A stretch of DNA of 63,379 bases, filler included, from Neolecta irregularis DAH-3 (taxonomy: Eukaryota): NCBI GenBank assembly GCA_001929475.1. It is 11 parts of 11 records of this genome, joined end to end, with 100 filler letters (N's around TTAATTAATTAA, not from the genome) between each part and the next. Parts side by side here need not be neighbours in the genome. Positions count along the whole stretch, not along the records: positions 6,707 to 22,360 come from LXFE01000561.1; positions 22,461 to 31,849 come from LXFE01004116.1; 9 more parts are not named here. One strand, 5' to 3'. The notes under the pieces were generated by a model. The model searched no databases and was not told the origin of the DNA. It worked only from the letters and a program-made list of their open reading frames with translations. This document shows, piece by piece, positions 14,365 through 26,823 of the stretch. Made by a program: the position numbers and the translations under genes. Within the stretch, counting starts at the first letter, position 1, and every line of letters begins with the position of its first letter.

Positions 14365-14532
14365 TTTATTGATTTTTTGTGTTTGGAATGATTTTATTTT
14401 GCACGAATAGAAGGAAACCCTACTTGCTTGATATATTGAATTTGTTATGATGTAATGAAGAATTATTTTGCATATTTCCGATTTCTAGTGGGGATATTGT
14501 AACGTACGTTGGATAATAGATCCTTTTTATTT

Positions 14533-15130
14533 TTATCTTGGGGTTTCCACCACAAGAGTAAGCTTTGATAACGATCTGAGCTTTGGTCCATAGTACAGGA
14601 AACAAACAGGAATAGGAATCATCTTAGGATTAGCATGAGACCCAAAATCGTGACAGCCCAGTTTATGCCGCATTTTATGAAAAAAGGATCTTACGAATAA
14701 CGGGAATCCGGCAGCCAGAAGACTTCCCAAGAATGTGATTGCAGCAACAGCACTGGCAGAGTATCTGGTATATGTATCGATACAATAGTTGAGTCCTTGC
14801 TGGAACGTCATGATAAAACCACCGCCAAGGACTGCATGGGCAAGAACTGGATTAATCCAGCGATGATCCCGTCCACTGGTCTATGCGAACCAAAAAAGTC
14901 CGATTGGAAGAATGGTGGCGCCTACGATCATGGATGGTAACCAATGTTGAGGTCACTTATTTTTTCGCGAGCGATATCCAGGTTGATATAACCAGCGATG
15001 ACAATTCCCACGAAGAGAGATAAGAAGGGTAATCCTGAAACTACCAGGTTCCAACCTCGTGTTTCTTGATACTCTATTGGAAAGGCTGTGGAGCAGAGAT
15101 ATAGGATAGCGTAAACGAATGATGCATCTG
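14533..15130 (-). pseudogene. MFS drug:H+ antiporter (DHA1-like), 3' fragment with frameshifts
   Basis: FVYAILYLCSTAFPIEYQETRGWNLVVSGLPFLSLFVG and FQQGLNYCIDTYTRYSASAVAAITFLGSLLAAGFPLF. The C-terminus switches frame (IPVCFLYYGPKLR), and the 5' half is replaced by repeat DNA. Confidence 0.8.
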
Positions 15131-15134
15131 TTGG

Positions 15135-15462
15135 GGATGGACCATGGACTTTATCCAGTCCAGGGATTGGATTAGGGAAAAAGTCCAGTCCATCCGGACC
15201 ATGGACCATGGACTGTATCACGTGATAGTAACTAGTAGGGATTTACCCCGTTCTGACACTTGCTGCTATAGCATCAACACAATATCCTTGATTTTCCACA
15301 ACACCCTCACCTGCCATATCAATGTTTGAGTGTGGGAATAATTACTATTTTACAGTCTACTACTACAAAGTATAGATAGCATTTCAATGAATAATACTTG
15401 GCATTGGAAAGCACAAATCAGGAAAATAGTAGTCACATGATATCCATGGACTGGACTACTCG
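15135..15462. repeat. GGACCAT/GGACT-rich element-like sequence at the MFS truncation point
   Basis: ggaccatggac repeated in both orientations at 15135-15215, and ccatggactggact at 15445-15460. Confidence 0.45.
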
Positions 15463-15464
15463 TT

Positions 15465-15608
15465 CTTGCGCGCGCCACCGTCCGGCTATTTGACTGGTCC
15501 CTGAATCAGGGTCTCGGACTGGGAGGGCGCCCACAGCTTGTGGCGTCCTCTATGTCTGACCCGGCTGGGGCGGTTGTGTGGGGGCGGTGGGACTTGATAG
15601 TGTCCACA
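15465..15608 (-). mobile_element. Partial copy of LTR family C
   Basis: Its reverse complement (TGTGGACACTATCAAGTCCCACCGCCCCCACACAAC...GGACGCCACAAGCTGTGG...GGTGGCGCGC) aligns with 44847-45007. Confidence 0.85.
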
Positions 15609-16147
15609 CGATACTTGGGCTTTTGCTACTCCGCAAATCCGATAACCACCAATTGTAATAGCAAAGCTAACTTGTGGAAGAGAAAATAAAAGACGTTGCC
15701 GCAGATATTGACTAAAAGATGTTTATGGTGCGGCTACTAGCAGTCAGACTTGGCCGGTATTGCACGCTTCCATATCTGTTCAAGACAACCACGCAGCACC
15801 TATGTAATGCATATTGGGGTTTTTGGCGTTGAACACATTTGAAACACCGATTGTACCAGAAGGTGATCCTAGGATAAGATGGACTGTCGTGGATTACAAT
15901 AGAGAGCAGATATAAAAGTAGATTTATTAGTAGACCAAGATGTCTCAGGTGGTTGGAGCTTTGCACTTTCTAGTGAACTTGAGCACAACCTGTTTTAATC
16001 AAGACAAATGCTTGCATAGAAAATATGCAAAGAGTCTCGCGCTGCCTTACTATGTCCAGTTGCAAGTATTCGGCTGAAACTGTATTTCTGTGATACCACC
16101 ATCTGATTGAGATGCTTCGTATGCCGTAATACTGCCATATACACCCT

Positions 16148-16842
16148 CTATGGTTGCTTGGGTGGGACGGTTGCAGGATGAGCAGGATCTCCTGTGTTGA
16201 GCTGAACAGCAGCATTGAACAATATTCCCCGAAGTACCATGTCGTCATGAAGTTGCTTTTGATTAGGGGCATTGGTTTCTTTTGGTTGTTTGTAGGAATA
16301 TCCGGTTCTCGCATCCCATTGAACTGCAGAGGATACCTCGTCAAGAGCTTGGGATAGAGAACGCATTGTATTCAACTAGGTGGTAAGCGAGGCTAGATGT
16401 ATGGTAAACCATCCGTGATGAGAGAATCGAATGCAGATCAGGTGCTTGATAAACGTTTTCCCATATCACGAAGTAATATGTAAGAGGAAACGCTACCTAA
16501 TGAATCAAGTTCACCCATATGTACACACCAAGTGTTTCCGAGACCCGGTGTTGTTTTGCAATAATCCAATGTTCTGGTCCTTCTTTTACAACGGCATATT
16601 CAATACCTTTCATTTTGAGTAGATTCTTCTGAAAATCTCCAAAGTCGCTGAACTGGGTCTGCATCTTTAATGCCTGATTATTTGAAGAACGGTCGTAAAA
16701 TGGTGATTGTGAGAAGTACTCGAGGATATTGTAGGTTGATAATCCGCCCATTGCCTATGATTAGCTTTTTAACAATCAAATAGATTAATACGGTTATCCA
16801 TTCAGGCATCCGCCACTGGATTTCACTCAGGTCTTGATTCAT
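16148..16842 (-). CDS. MED6: Mediator subunit 6 (4 exons)
   Basis: MNQDLSEIQWRMPEWI, NILEYFSQSPFYDRSSNNQALKMQ, GIEYAVV..WIIAKQ.R, YYFVIWENVYQAPDLHSILSSRM, W.ARTGYSY. Confidence 0.93.
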
Positions 16843-16883
16843 ATGGATATACGACTGTCGGGGTTTGAATTCCATTATCTCCA

Positions 16884-19800
16884 ATGGTCCACCACCAGAG
16901 CCGGAACCGAATCTCGCTTGGCTCCATGGTCTCGTCTGACGAAAACGACGAGTCACGGCCTATTCGCCTGCAAAGTCTGGATGGGAACAACATTCTGGAG
17001 GACAACGACGATGATGCTTGGGATCAAATCCAGGTAAATAAGGTATTCCTGACCAAGAATGACAAGACTCACTTATAGTTTGAGAGCGGTAATGGATATC
17101 CGAGGAAAATACCAATAGGCCGGAGTATAATTCATAGATCTGCACATGTCTAAAATATAGATTTTGATTTAAAGACGCTGAAAAAGCAGTACCCTTCAAA
17201 TGCCATCTCGAATGCAAAGTACAACGCGTTTACTTTTCTGCCGTTGATCTTGTTCCACCAAGTATGTTTATGACTTTGCAAAAATCTGACGAAAGTTTAA
17301 ATTCTTCTTCAACCTGTACTTTCTTCTGGTCGCCATATCGCAGTTTATCCCACCCTTGAAAATCGGATATATATCGACATACATTTTTCCTCTAGTCTTT
17401 GTTTTGACCATCACTATCGGTAAGGAAGCCTTGGATGATGTCGCCCGACGGAGAAGGGACGAAGAAGCAAATCGAGAACCTTACAAAGTTTTGGGATTTC
17501 CAGGCTTCGTACTTGCCAAAAATCTCGTAGTGGGACAATTCGTTATGTTAGAAAAGGGAAAACGAGTCCCTGCAGATATGGTGCTGCTCAAAACGGGAGA
17601 AAATGACGGAGAGGCATTTATCAGAACAGATCAGCTTGACGGCGAGACGGACTGGAAATTAAGGTGTCGCATAGGCGTTTATCATCATTGACCCTTAGGA
17701 TTGGATGTACAGGAACAATATGCAAAAAGGTCGAAGAGCTTTTGCACGGCAGGATTTTTCTGTATGCAGATAACCCGCTAAAAGACATTACAACATTCTC
17801 GGGGACGCTCAGTCTTGATGGACAAACTTGGCCTTTGACGATTGACAATACAATGTGGGCAAATACCGTCCTCGCAAGCAAAAGTGCGATTGGCGTCGTT
17901 GTTTACACCGGGAGAGAAACTAGGATGGCGATGAATACTTCTAGAGCAGGTTCCAAAGTCGGGTTACTAGATCTGGAAATTAACAATCTAACCAAAGTGT
18001 CTCGACTTTTTTGAATTTTCCTGATCATGTCTAGTTTTTATTTTTGTTGACGCTTGTATTAAGTCTTATTTTGGTCATTGCTGGGGGCATAGACAAGCTG
18101 TGGTATATCACAATCACGAGATACATTATTCTGTTCTCATCCATCATCCCGATATCGTACGCATCATCTAATTTCATTGCTAAATACAGGCTCCGAGTCA
18201 ATCTTGATCTTGGAAAAACAGTTTACGCCCGGCAGATTGAACTTGACCAAGGAATACCGGGGACTCTGGTCCGGACTAGCACAATTCCTGAAGAGCTCGG
18301 TCGTGTAGAGTATCTCCTAAGTGACAAGACTGGAACACTCACGCAGAATGGTCTTTTAAACCTTCTACAATAACAACTGATTTCTAGAGATGGAAATGAA
18401 GAAGCTGCATATTGGAACAGTCAGTTATGCAGGTGAATCAATGGACGAGATTCGAAATTTCATGACTTGCGAGTCCACGACTGGAGCTTGCAGTCGACGA
18501 GAAATCGGATCGCGAGTTCGAGATGCAGTTTTTGCATTGAGTGTCTGCCACAATGTCACACCAACACGAGACGACAATAACGAAATTAGTTATCAAGCGG
18601 CATCGCCAGACGAAATCGCAATAGTCAATTGGACTGAACGCGTTGGGTTGCAGTTAATTCATCGTGAACGAGGGGCAATTACACTACAGCGCGGGTCAGA
18701 AAACCTGGTAGTCCAAGTGCTTCATGTTTTTCCCTTCACCAGCGAATCAAAGAGAATGGGTATCGTCGTTGAATATAATGACGAGATTTGGTTTTTCGAA
18801 AAGGGTGCCGATGTAATCATGAGCGAAATTGTAGTGAAAAATGACTGGCTGGACGAGGAATCCGGGAATATGGCCAGAGAAGGTCTCCGAACACTAATCA
18901 TTGCGCGGAAGCATTTATCGCGTGATACTTATAATGATTTTGCTAAGAAATATCACGCCGCGAGTATCAGTTTTGCGGGTCGCGAAGATAAGATGGCAAG
19001 TGTCGTCCGTGAATATCTTGAGAATCGAATGGAGATGTTGGGGATCACAGGAGTCGAAGATCGCTTGCAAAGAGACGTCAAACGAAGTCTTGAACTTTTG
19101 AGAAATGCAGGAATACGTATATGGATGATCACTGGTGATAAAGTTGAGACTGCACGATGTGTTGGAATCAGTTCAAAATTGGTGGCAAGAGGTCAGTACA
19201 TTCATGTCATTGAGAAAGGTACCTTTAACCTTTACCCTTTGAACCCCATGACTCACCCAAAAGTCGGAAACCTAGATAACGCGATTCAACAACTCGCAGT
19301 AGTAAATGCCAGCAGAGACGCTTGCCTGCTGATTGACGGCAACTCGCTACAACTCTACCTGAACCACCTAGAAAAAGAATTTATACAAGCAACAACAAAT
19401 TTGAGTGCTGTCATTGCATGCCGTTGCTCCCCAAAGCAAAAAGCGCAAATCGCCAATCTCATCCGAAAACACACAGGAAAACGCGTTGCGTGTATTGGCG
19501 ATGGCGGAAACGACGTCAGTATGATCCAAGCCGCAGACGTAGGAATCGGCATCGTGGGCAAAGAAGGGAAGCAAGCAAGTCTCGCGGCCGACTTTTCAAT
19601 CACTCAGTTTTGTCATTTAACGAAATTACTAGGTTTATCCATTCCATTTTGCTTCGCGAGTGCTGAATTTGGGTAGTTTGGCATGGGAGGAACAGTTACA
19701 AGCGGTCGGCAAAACTTGCTCAATTCGTGATTCACCGTGGGCTTATCATCAGTTTTTGTCAAGTGGTGTTTAGCGTAGCTTCGAAATTCGAACCGATAGC

Positions 19801-20495
19801 TCTCTACGAGGTATGTCACCAACCGGACGACCCGTATCTGAAAATTTTAGGGTTGGTTGATGGTCGGCTATGCGTCGTTGTACACAATGGCTCCTGTATT
19901 TTCGTTTGTCCTTGATCGGGACGTGGACGAACGACTTGCCCTGCTCTACCCAGAACTCTATAAGGAAATGAAAGAAAGTAAAAGTTTGAGTTATCTGTCG
20001 TTTTCATTGTGGGTGTTGGTCTCTGTATATCAGGGTACGAGTCTTCTTCCTTCTCATCGTTGTATTTTGACATACTTAGGCGGAATAATCATGATTTTGA
20101 GTATTTTCTTGGTTGGACTAAAGATGCGGCCGAGGTTGGTGATGGTGAGCTACACAGCATTGGTTTTGAATGAGTTGATTATGATTGCTACAGAGATTGA
20201 TACATGGTGCTTTGCAGTGTTTAGGATTTGGCTGATTATCAGGCATCCCATTATGGTGATGATGGAGATTGCAACAGGAGTAACTTACTTGATTTCGATT
20301 CCTTTACTAGGCGACTACTTTGGTGAAATTATGCATGATACATGGCCTAATAATCTAGATTTAAAATACACAATTACGACAGCATTCATATGGAAGACTT
20401 CGCTGATACTCGCAGCTAGTTTTATACCGCCAAATCTCGCCAAATTCCTGCGCCGCAAGATCCGACCCCCAAATTACGCCAAACTCCGGGAATAA
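16884..20495 (+). CDS. NEO1: P4-ATPase phospholipid flippase, Neo1/ATP9 class
   Basis: [88 protein letters not shown] and C-terminal PPNYAKL. Confidence 0.96.
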
Positions 20496-20559
20496 TTTTT
20501 TGGGTTAGCTTGTAGATGTTTTCCGATTCATTTCATTGGGGAGAATGCAAATCATGGTG

Positions 20560-21207
20560 CAATTTCTTTTTTATGGGAAAATTTCTTTCCATGCAGAATT
20601 TTCTGTTTTCGTTGTTAGGGGGTGGGTCTATGTCAGTCAATATTACTTCTATTATTTCGTATAGACTGCGTGTTTGGAGTGCATTTGGAGGGACGGTTGA
20701 CGAGGCCTTGCATTGCGGCCTTGTGTTTTTCTTTCTGATTGTCGAGCAAACGTCTCTTCTTGCTTGGCTGCCAGCGGTTTGTGGTCTGATTCAAGGGGAC
20801 TGTCAGGACTTTATTCGGAAACTGATTTCGAGGCTTCCAGTCAGTTGAACAGTAGTACGACAATCACCCAAGACTGCTGAGACATGGCGATGATCTGGTC
20901 AAAAGATACCGCAGATTCGCGGAGACTACGGCGACGTCCTGTGTCATTTCTAAAAACTAAAAAAATGAAATGCGCAACAGATATACTCATCAACAAAATA
21001 GTAGCTCTTCGGTCTGGATTTCGGGACGAAACTTGGGCAACCTTCTGTATTGCAGCTTGAGTCGTGAAGTCTATCGGAGAAAAGACGAAAACTTTGAAAC
21101 TCGTCGGTCTGTGCAGGTTCTTTGGAGATAACATTAATCGATTCGAAGCGCGGAATAATGGATGAGAGGCGGGCAAGCAGCACGGCGGGTGGCGACTCGG
21201 ATCGCAT
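20560..21207 (-). CDS. Small hypothetical protein, DUF2011-like (multi-exon)
   Basis: The spliced product has FQSFRLFS, RPKSYYF, ESAVSFDQIIAMSQQSWP and QPSKKRR, which resembles my recollection of DUF2011. Both ends are approximate. Confidence 0.55.
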
Positions 21208-21302
21208 AGCAGAGGGATCTTTTTGTGATTGGGGGTTGGTAGGATGTGTCTGGTGGAGCAAATCATCTCGAGGGCAGTGATGACGTCTGGAAATATATAA
21301 TT

Positions 21303-21342
21303 CATGACTTCACGACTTCACGACTTCACGACTTTCATGACT
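21303..21342. repeat. (CACGACTT)n microsatellite
   Basis: About five 8-bp units. Confidence 0.85.
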
Positions 21343-21356
21343 GGCTCAAGTCCGCT

Positions 21357-21640
21357 TGTAACACACAGGTTGCAGTTGTAGAGCTTTGCAGACTTAGATG
21401 ACTTGAATAAAAATGAGAAAAAATGATTGTACGATTCCTTTGCTAGCTGAATAGAGCATTATTCACCAGTCCTACAAACATGTAACATACAGGCTGCAGT
21501 TGTAGAGCTTTGCAGACTTCGTATACTGGATGAATAGAGCATTATTCACCGGTCCTACAAGCAAGCAGCTACAGGTCAACTTATATGGAACGGCAATAGC
21601 CGCATCGGTTATAGAAACCTAGACTTCAACCAAAGGAAAC
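21357..21640 (+). mobile_element. LTR-like repeat family B, two partial tandem copies (TGTAAC starts at 21357 and 21481)
   Basis: tgtaac..cagg.tgcagttgtagagctttgcagactt...gaatagagcattattcacc.gtcctacaa...aatagccgcatcggttatagaaacctagacttc is shared with 44739 and 45306-45546. Degraded copies occur at about 48345-48410 and 50760-50890. Confidence 0.8.
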
Positions 21641-21664
21641 AAACAAGAAACCCCTTTCAATCTG

Positions 21665-21960
21665 TTGAGGGCTGTATGTGTATCCCCTCCTTGGAGCCAA
21701 TCGTTTGCTCATTCAGCCCAATGGAAATATTGCCTATATCGGCGCCGACAGTAGCTTCAATATTGCAAACCGTGTCATTCCTCCTGCTGGAGCTCAAACC
21801 TCAGGGTTTGCTCTGGCCCAGACTTCTGAAGTCTTTGGGGCGCATCTCACTTTCAAAGGATTTGCGCCATTCGGCTGTCCAACCAGTTGTGACGAATCGA
21901 CTCTACAGGCTCTGTATTTCCGGTGATATCTAGGTCTTTTGGATGGTTTCTGGGGGACAC
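21665..21960 (+). pseudogene. Fragment resembling a fungal secreted/cell-wall protein
   Basis: LLIQPNGNIAYIGADSSFNIANRVIPPAGAQTSGF...HLTFKGFAPFGCP. No signal peptide or clear start, and flanked by repeat families B and A. Confidence 0.4.
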
Positions 21961-22460
21961 GACTTTACCCCGACGTCGCAACCCCCACCAGCTTGCCGCC
22001 GCCACCGCCAAAGTATCGGATCGAGCACAAGGAGCAGCAAGGCTCGCCGATCATCGTACGTTAACTTAGGCTAGGTATGTCCCTTTTGTAGAAGTACGTT
22101 TACTGCAAGGGTCAGAGTCACGAAAAAGGATGGATGTAGAGTGACTGTTGAAGGTGGTGAAGGGGAGGGTAGTGACGGATAGGGTTCTTAAAGTTTTGCT
22201 TTTTGATCTTTGATATATTTTTGATGATATGAAAGAGGGGCGGAGGACTAATCTAAATACCTGCAGAACTCAACATACTTCCTTCCAGTACACCCTGTAG
22301 GTTAAAAAAGGAAAAGCTAAGCTAAGCCCCGTTTTATATACGGTGACTCGTCAGCACGCCNNNNNNNNNNNNNNNNNNNNNNNNNNNNNNNNNNNNNNNN
22401 NNNNTTAATTAATTAANNNNNNNNNNNNNNNNNNNNNNNNNNNNNNNNNNNNNNNNNNNN

Positions 22461-25400
22461 ATCAACAACATCCACAACAGTACCCACAGCCCCCACAACA
22501 GTATCCACAGTCTCACCCACAACCACACGACTATACGCATACAGATACGCATACGCATACACTCACAGATGCTACTGTTGCGTCCGACTTTACCGCCATG
22601 CACGTCCACCCAAAGCGAGTCCAGCGCAAATACCACACAGACGAATCCATTCCCGCTGCTCCTCTGGCCTTTTTGCCTGATTCCTACCAGAGCCAGGCCC
22701 TCTCGCCCGGGTTTACTCATCACCACCTCGGTCCGTCTCTTGCCGGCTCCGGCCACGACATCTCCGTCGACAATGTGCCGTCGCCCATCGATGTCCAGGA
22801 AACAGACCAGGAATACTACCGCACCCGGCCCTTCGAGTCCTTCCACACCAAAAACATCGTTCCTCCTCTCGCTACCACAGACTATCTTGCAGTCGACCAG
22901 GGAAACTCCACTCCCAGGTTTTGCAGACTCTCAATGTGCAGCGTCCCAGAAACCGCAGAACTCTTAGCGTCCACAGAGCTGCCCCTATCAATGATCGTCC
23001 AACCCCTCGCAATACAGCGCCCCGAAGAAATGCCAGTCCCCCTCGTCAATTTCGGTGACATAGGACCCCCGAGGTGCCAGCGATGTGGAGCATATGTCAA
23101 TTTCTCCTTCACTTTTGCCCAAGGCGGCACAAAAATGGTCTGCAACATGTGTGCGTTTGCAAGTGAGACCCCCTCAGAATACTACTCTCCCCTTGACCAA
23201 TCCCATCATCGAACAGACCACTCTCATAGACCGGAACTCAACCTGGGCACAATCGATTTTATCGTCCCAAAAGATTATTACGCTCGCGAACCAACCCCAA
23301 TCTCGTACATATTCGCAATAGAAGTCACGGAACGCGCCATCAATTCTGGAATGCTCAAAACTGCTTGCAAAGCTATTAAAAAATCACTCTATGGAGAGGG
23401 AAATGATCAATTGCTGGAAGGCATCAGAATTGGCATAGTTACCTTTGATAATGCTTTACAGTTTTACAATCTCAGTGTATCATACTATGCAGGAAAAGCT
23501 AACGCTAGGACGCTCTCGACGAACCGCCTATGATGGTTGTCTCGGAAACTACAGACGTTTTCGTCCCATTAGCCGAGGGCTTGCTAGTTGACCCTTACCG
23601 CTCAAAGTTTATATCTCTATTGTTTGTTTTTGACTCTAGGGCACAAATCGAGTCGTTGCTCGAAATGATACCGACTTACTTTTCTGAATTCAAGACACCT
23701 GAGCCGTGCCTTGGCGCACTTGTCAAAGCCGCGTTAATGGCACTGGTATATATCTTGCTGATTTAATCTCATCCACCAGGAAAAAATTGGTGGAAAAGTG
23801 TTTATTATGCTTGGCACGTTACCGACCGTTGGTCCTAATCCATTACGCTATCGTGAAGATACTAAACTTTACGATACCGATAAACATCAGTCTTTACTAG
23901 TCCCTGAAAATCACTTTTACGATAACCTGGCGACTCAGTGCTGCGATGCAGGAATCGGTATAGACCTCTTTTTATTCCCGGAATCTCCAATCGATCTTGC
24001 AACAATAGGTACAAGTATCTCTTTGTCCTTTTAATATATAGGAAACCTCGCAACCATAACAGGTGGAAGCCAGTATTTATACAGCAATTTTATTTCTCAA
24101 CGCGATTCACTTAAATTTGTCGGAGAATTTGTTCATTGTGTGACGCGAGAAACGGGGTACCAGGCAATGATGAAAATTCGGTGTTCAACAGGCCTCCAAG
24201 CATCTCAATTCCACGGTTCTTTTTACGAGAAAACGCCATCACAACTCGAATTTGGAATAATCGATAGCGATAAAAGTGTTACCATCATCTTTAAACATGA
24301 CGGGAAATTAGATTCCCGCTTGGACGCTCATTTTCAAAGTGCATTGTTGTATACTTCGACTACCGGACAACGACGTGTTCGGTGTCAAAATATAATGGTT
24401 GGAGTTACCAGCCATATCCGCGAAATATTTTCATGTCTCGATCATGATGTCATCATGGCAACTATAGCTAAAGAAGGTGAATTGTTTTATTAATTTTTCT
24501 TTCTGAGGTATAGCTGCTTCCAAGATTCTCGTGAAACCATTGAAATCCGTTCGAGAAGCGATTAACGATAAAATAATCAAGATACTGGCTTCGTATCGTA
24601 AGAATTGCATGCAGGGCTCCCCGCCGATGACTCTAACTCTCCCTGACCGACTGAAATTGTTTTTGATTCATACTCTCGGGTTACTCAAGACCCGTGCTTT
24701 TAAATGTACGAAATACTTCAAACAGGGATACTAAAATGCTAGCTGGGATGGTGCACAGCGATATGAGGATTCATAGTATGCGATTGATTAAATCAATGGG
24801 CGTTTGTGATCTTAGTGGATACTTGTATCCCCGGATCATCCCTATTCACAATTTAATCAGCACAGTAGGATCGATGTATACCGTAAACTGATTTCGCTAG
24901 GAGGGATTTCCTGACGAGTACGGAATTCTGCGAATGCCGCGTGCCGTACGAGCAACTTTAAAGGCTCTCGAAGTAGGGGGAGTTTACATTTTAGGTTTTA
25001 TATTCTCTCGAGTTCATTGTTAATTATTTAGAAAACGGACAATTCCTTCTTCTGTGGTTTTCGAGAGACGTGTCTCTACTTCTTTTAAAAGATTTATTTG
25101 GCCCGCACGTCAACGCTCTGGAAGATCTTGATCCCCGAAATTCCACGCTACCAGTCCTGGAAACGTTACTCTCTCGACAAGTTCACAATATCATTGCTTA
25201 CTTGCAATCGTTACGGCCTTCTAGACGACTTGTTGTTCAACTTGCTAGACAATCGCTAGATGGTTCTGAGCAGGAATTTATGGCGCAGATGATTGAGGAT
25301 CAAAACGGCGATTTACCAAGTTACATCCAAATGATTCAATTCATACACACACAAGTTCGCAATGAGGTTATTCCTCTCACGAACTACAAATTCTAATATC

Positions 25401-25472
25401 CTCTAGATCGCAGGGAAACGAGGAAACGCTGATGACGGAGTTGTCGCGAGTCTATGGCAAGGCAGATTTTGA
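22461..25472 (+). CDS. SFB3: COPII Sec24-family subunit (Sfb3/Lst1/SEC24C-D type), 5' end in gap
   Basis: DQGNSTPRFCRLS, zinc finger PPRCQRCGAYVN..VCNMC, RPELNLGTIDF, YQAMMKIRCSTGL, FQSALLYTSTTGQRRVR, YLYPRIIPIH, ENGQ..LW. Confidence 0.93.
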
Positions 25473-25540
25473 AAATAGGTTTGGGAGTCTAAATGGACGG
25501 ATAGAGTAGAGTTCTATAGATCGCGCTGTGATTATTATTA

Positions 25541-26028
25541 CTACTGCGGCAGTGCCTTATTCGCTTTCCATTCTGATCCATCTTGATATATCTCCTTTTT
25601 CCAAATTTCTGCTTTTGCTTTTACTTGTTCTAAAATCCATTCTCCCGCTTCCCATGCTTCCCTGCGGTGACTCGAACTAACTGCTATTGCCATACTATCT
25701 TGACCCACCGGAACTGTTCCCAGTCGATGGCATATACTTAATCCATGAAGAGACCATTTTGTCTTTGCTTTTGTAGCGATTTGGTGTAATGTACGAATGG
25801 CTAGTGGTTCATATGCTTCATAATCTAATCGAACAACTTGTCTCCCTGCATTTTTCAAGCAAGAACTTGTAACCGTATACCGTTGAAATTATCCCGAGTT
25901 GACCCGAGAAATGTAACGATCGCCCCAGCCTGATTCGATCTCACAAACTCAATTCCATCAATGATTTGAATTACATCATGGGTAATTTCAATGTGGATAG
26001 TGTTGTCTTGGCTACGGGTTGATGTCAT
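25541..26028 (-). CDS. MOCS2: Molybdopterin synthase catalytic (large) subunit, MoaE family (2 exons)
   Basis: VRSNQAGAIVTFLGSTRDNFNGRQVVRLDYEAYEPLA, HRLGTVPVGQDS.AIAVSSSHR.EA, VKAKAEIWKKEIY. Confidence 0.95.
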
Positions 26029-26075
26029 CGTCTCGAAATTTTGATTTTTTACACTCCACTTATCAACAAATAACC

Positions 26076-26612
26076 ATGTCGGAATTACTACCAATACAAG
26101 CCGATGATTCCGAGCATCCACAAAAAGGACCAGAGGAGAATAAATATCCAGCGGGAGTAGTGCTTGATAGCCATGGAAAGCCTTGTCGAATGTGTACTTC
26201 ATTTAAAGATTGGGCAAAACTTCCTGGGAAGAAAATAGCAGCCACCACAGCTGCTTCAAAGACACCCTTTTCTGAATGTCCACCAGACGTGGAACGCCTC
26301 GGCCATAGTTCATGGACTCTACTTCATTCAATAGCAGCAACGTACCCCGAAACAGCAGATTCTGCAACACAATCTGACGCTAAACTTTTTCTGTCGACTT
26401 TTTCTAGGTTGTATCCCTGTTGGAACTGTGCCGAGGACTTTCGCGGCTGGATGAAACAACATGAGCCAAAGGTAGAAGGTAGAGAGGTCTTTGGACGGTG
26501 GCTATGCGATGCCCACAATGACGTCTCTGAAAAACTCGGAAAGAGAAAATTCAATTGTGATTTATGGCGAGAACGGTGGATTTCAGGTCCTAAAGATGGG
26601 AGCTGTGGGTGA
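26076..26612 (+). CDS. ERV1: Mitochondrial FAD-linked sulfhydryl oxidase
   Basis: GKPCRMC shuttle motif, ECPPDVERLGHSSWTLLH, YPCWNC active site, CDAHNDV..KLGK..FNC, and RW..GPKDGSC. Confidence 0.96.
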   Translation: MSELLPIQADDSEHPQKGPEENKYPAGVVLDSHGKPCRMCTSFKDWAKLPGKKIAATTAASKTPFSECPPDVERLGHSSWTLLHSIAATYPETADSATQSDAKLFLSTFSRLYPCWNCAEDFRGWMKQHEPKVEGREVFGRWLCDAHNDVSEKLGKRKFNCDLWRERWISGPKDGSCG

Positions 26613-26823
26613 TTGCAGGGAGATGGGGTTGATTGCAGGTACAAGGTGCGAGCATTTCTAATTTCGTATGCTTTATGTTTTACCAGTGGGTATGCCGTGT
26701 TTGAAAGAAAGAGAAATCTCCACTCAGGTCTATCTCAACATTTCCTCCGTCTATTCCATCGTAGACTTGATTTCAATAAATCATCGCAAGTTTCATTAAA
26801 TACGCCTTTGTTGTCCAACTCCT

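Noticed and set aside
8173-25472. SEC16 plus SFB3 as a COPII gene cluster (likewise PHO88 plus PHO80)
   Set aside because: The genes are separated by artificial spacers, so linkage is unsupported.
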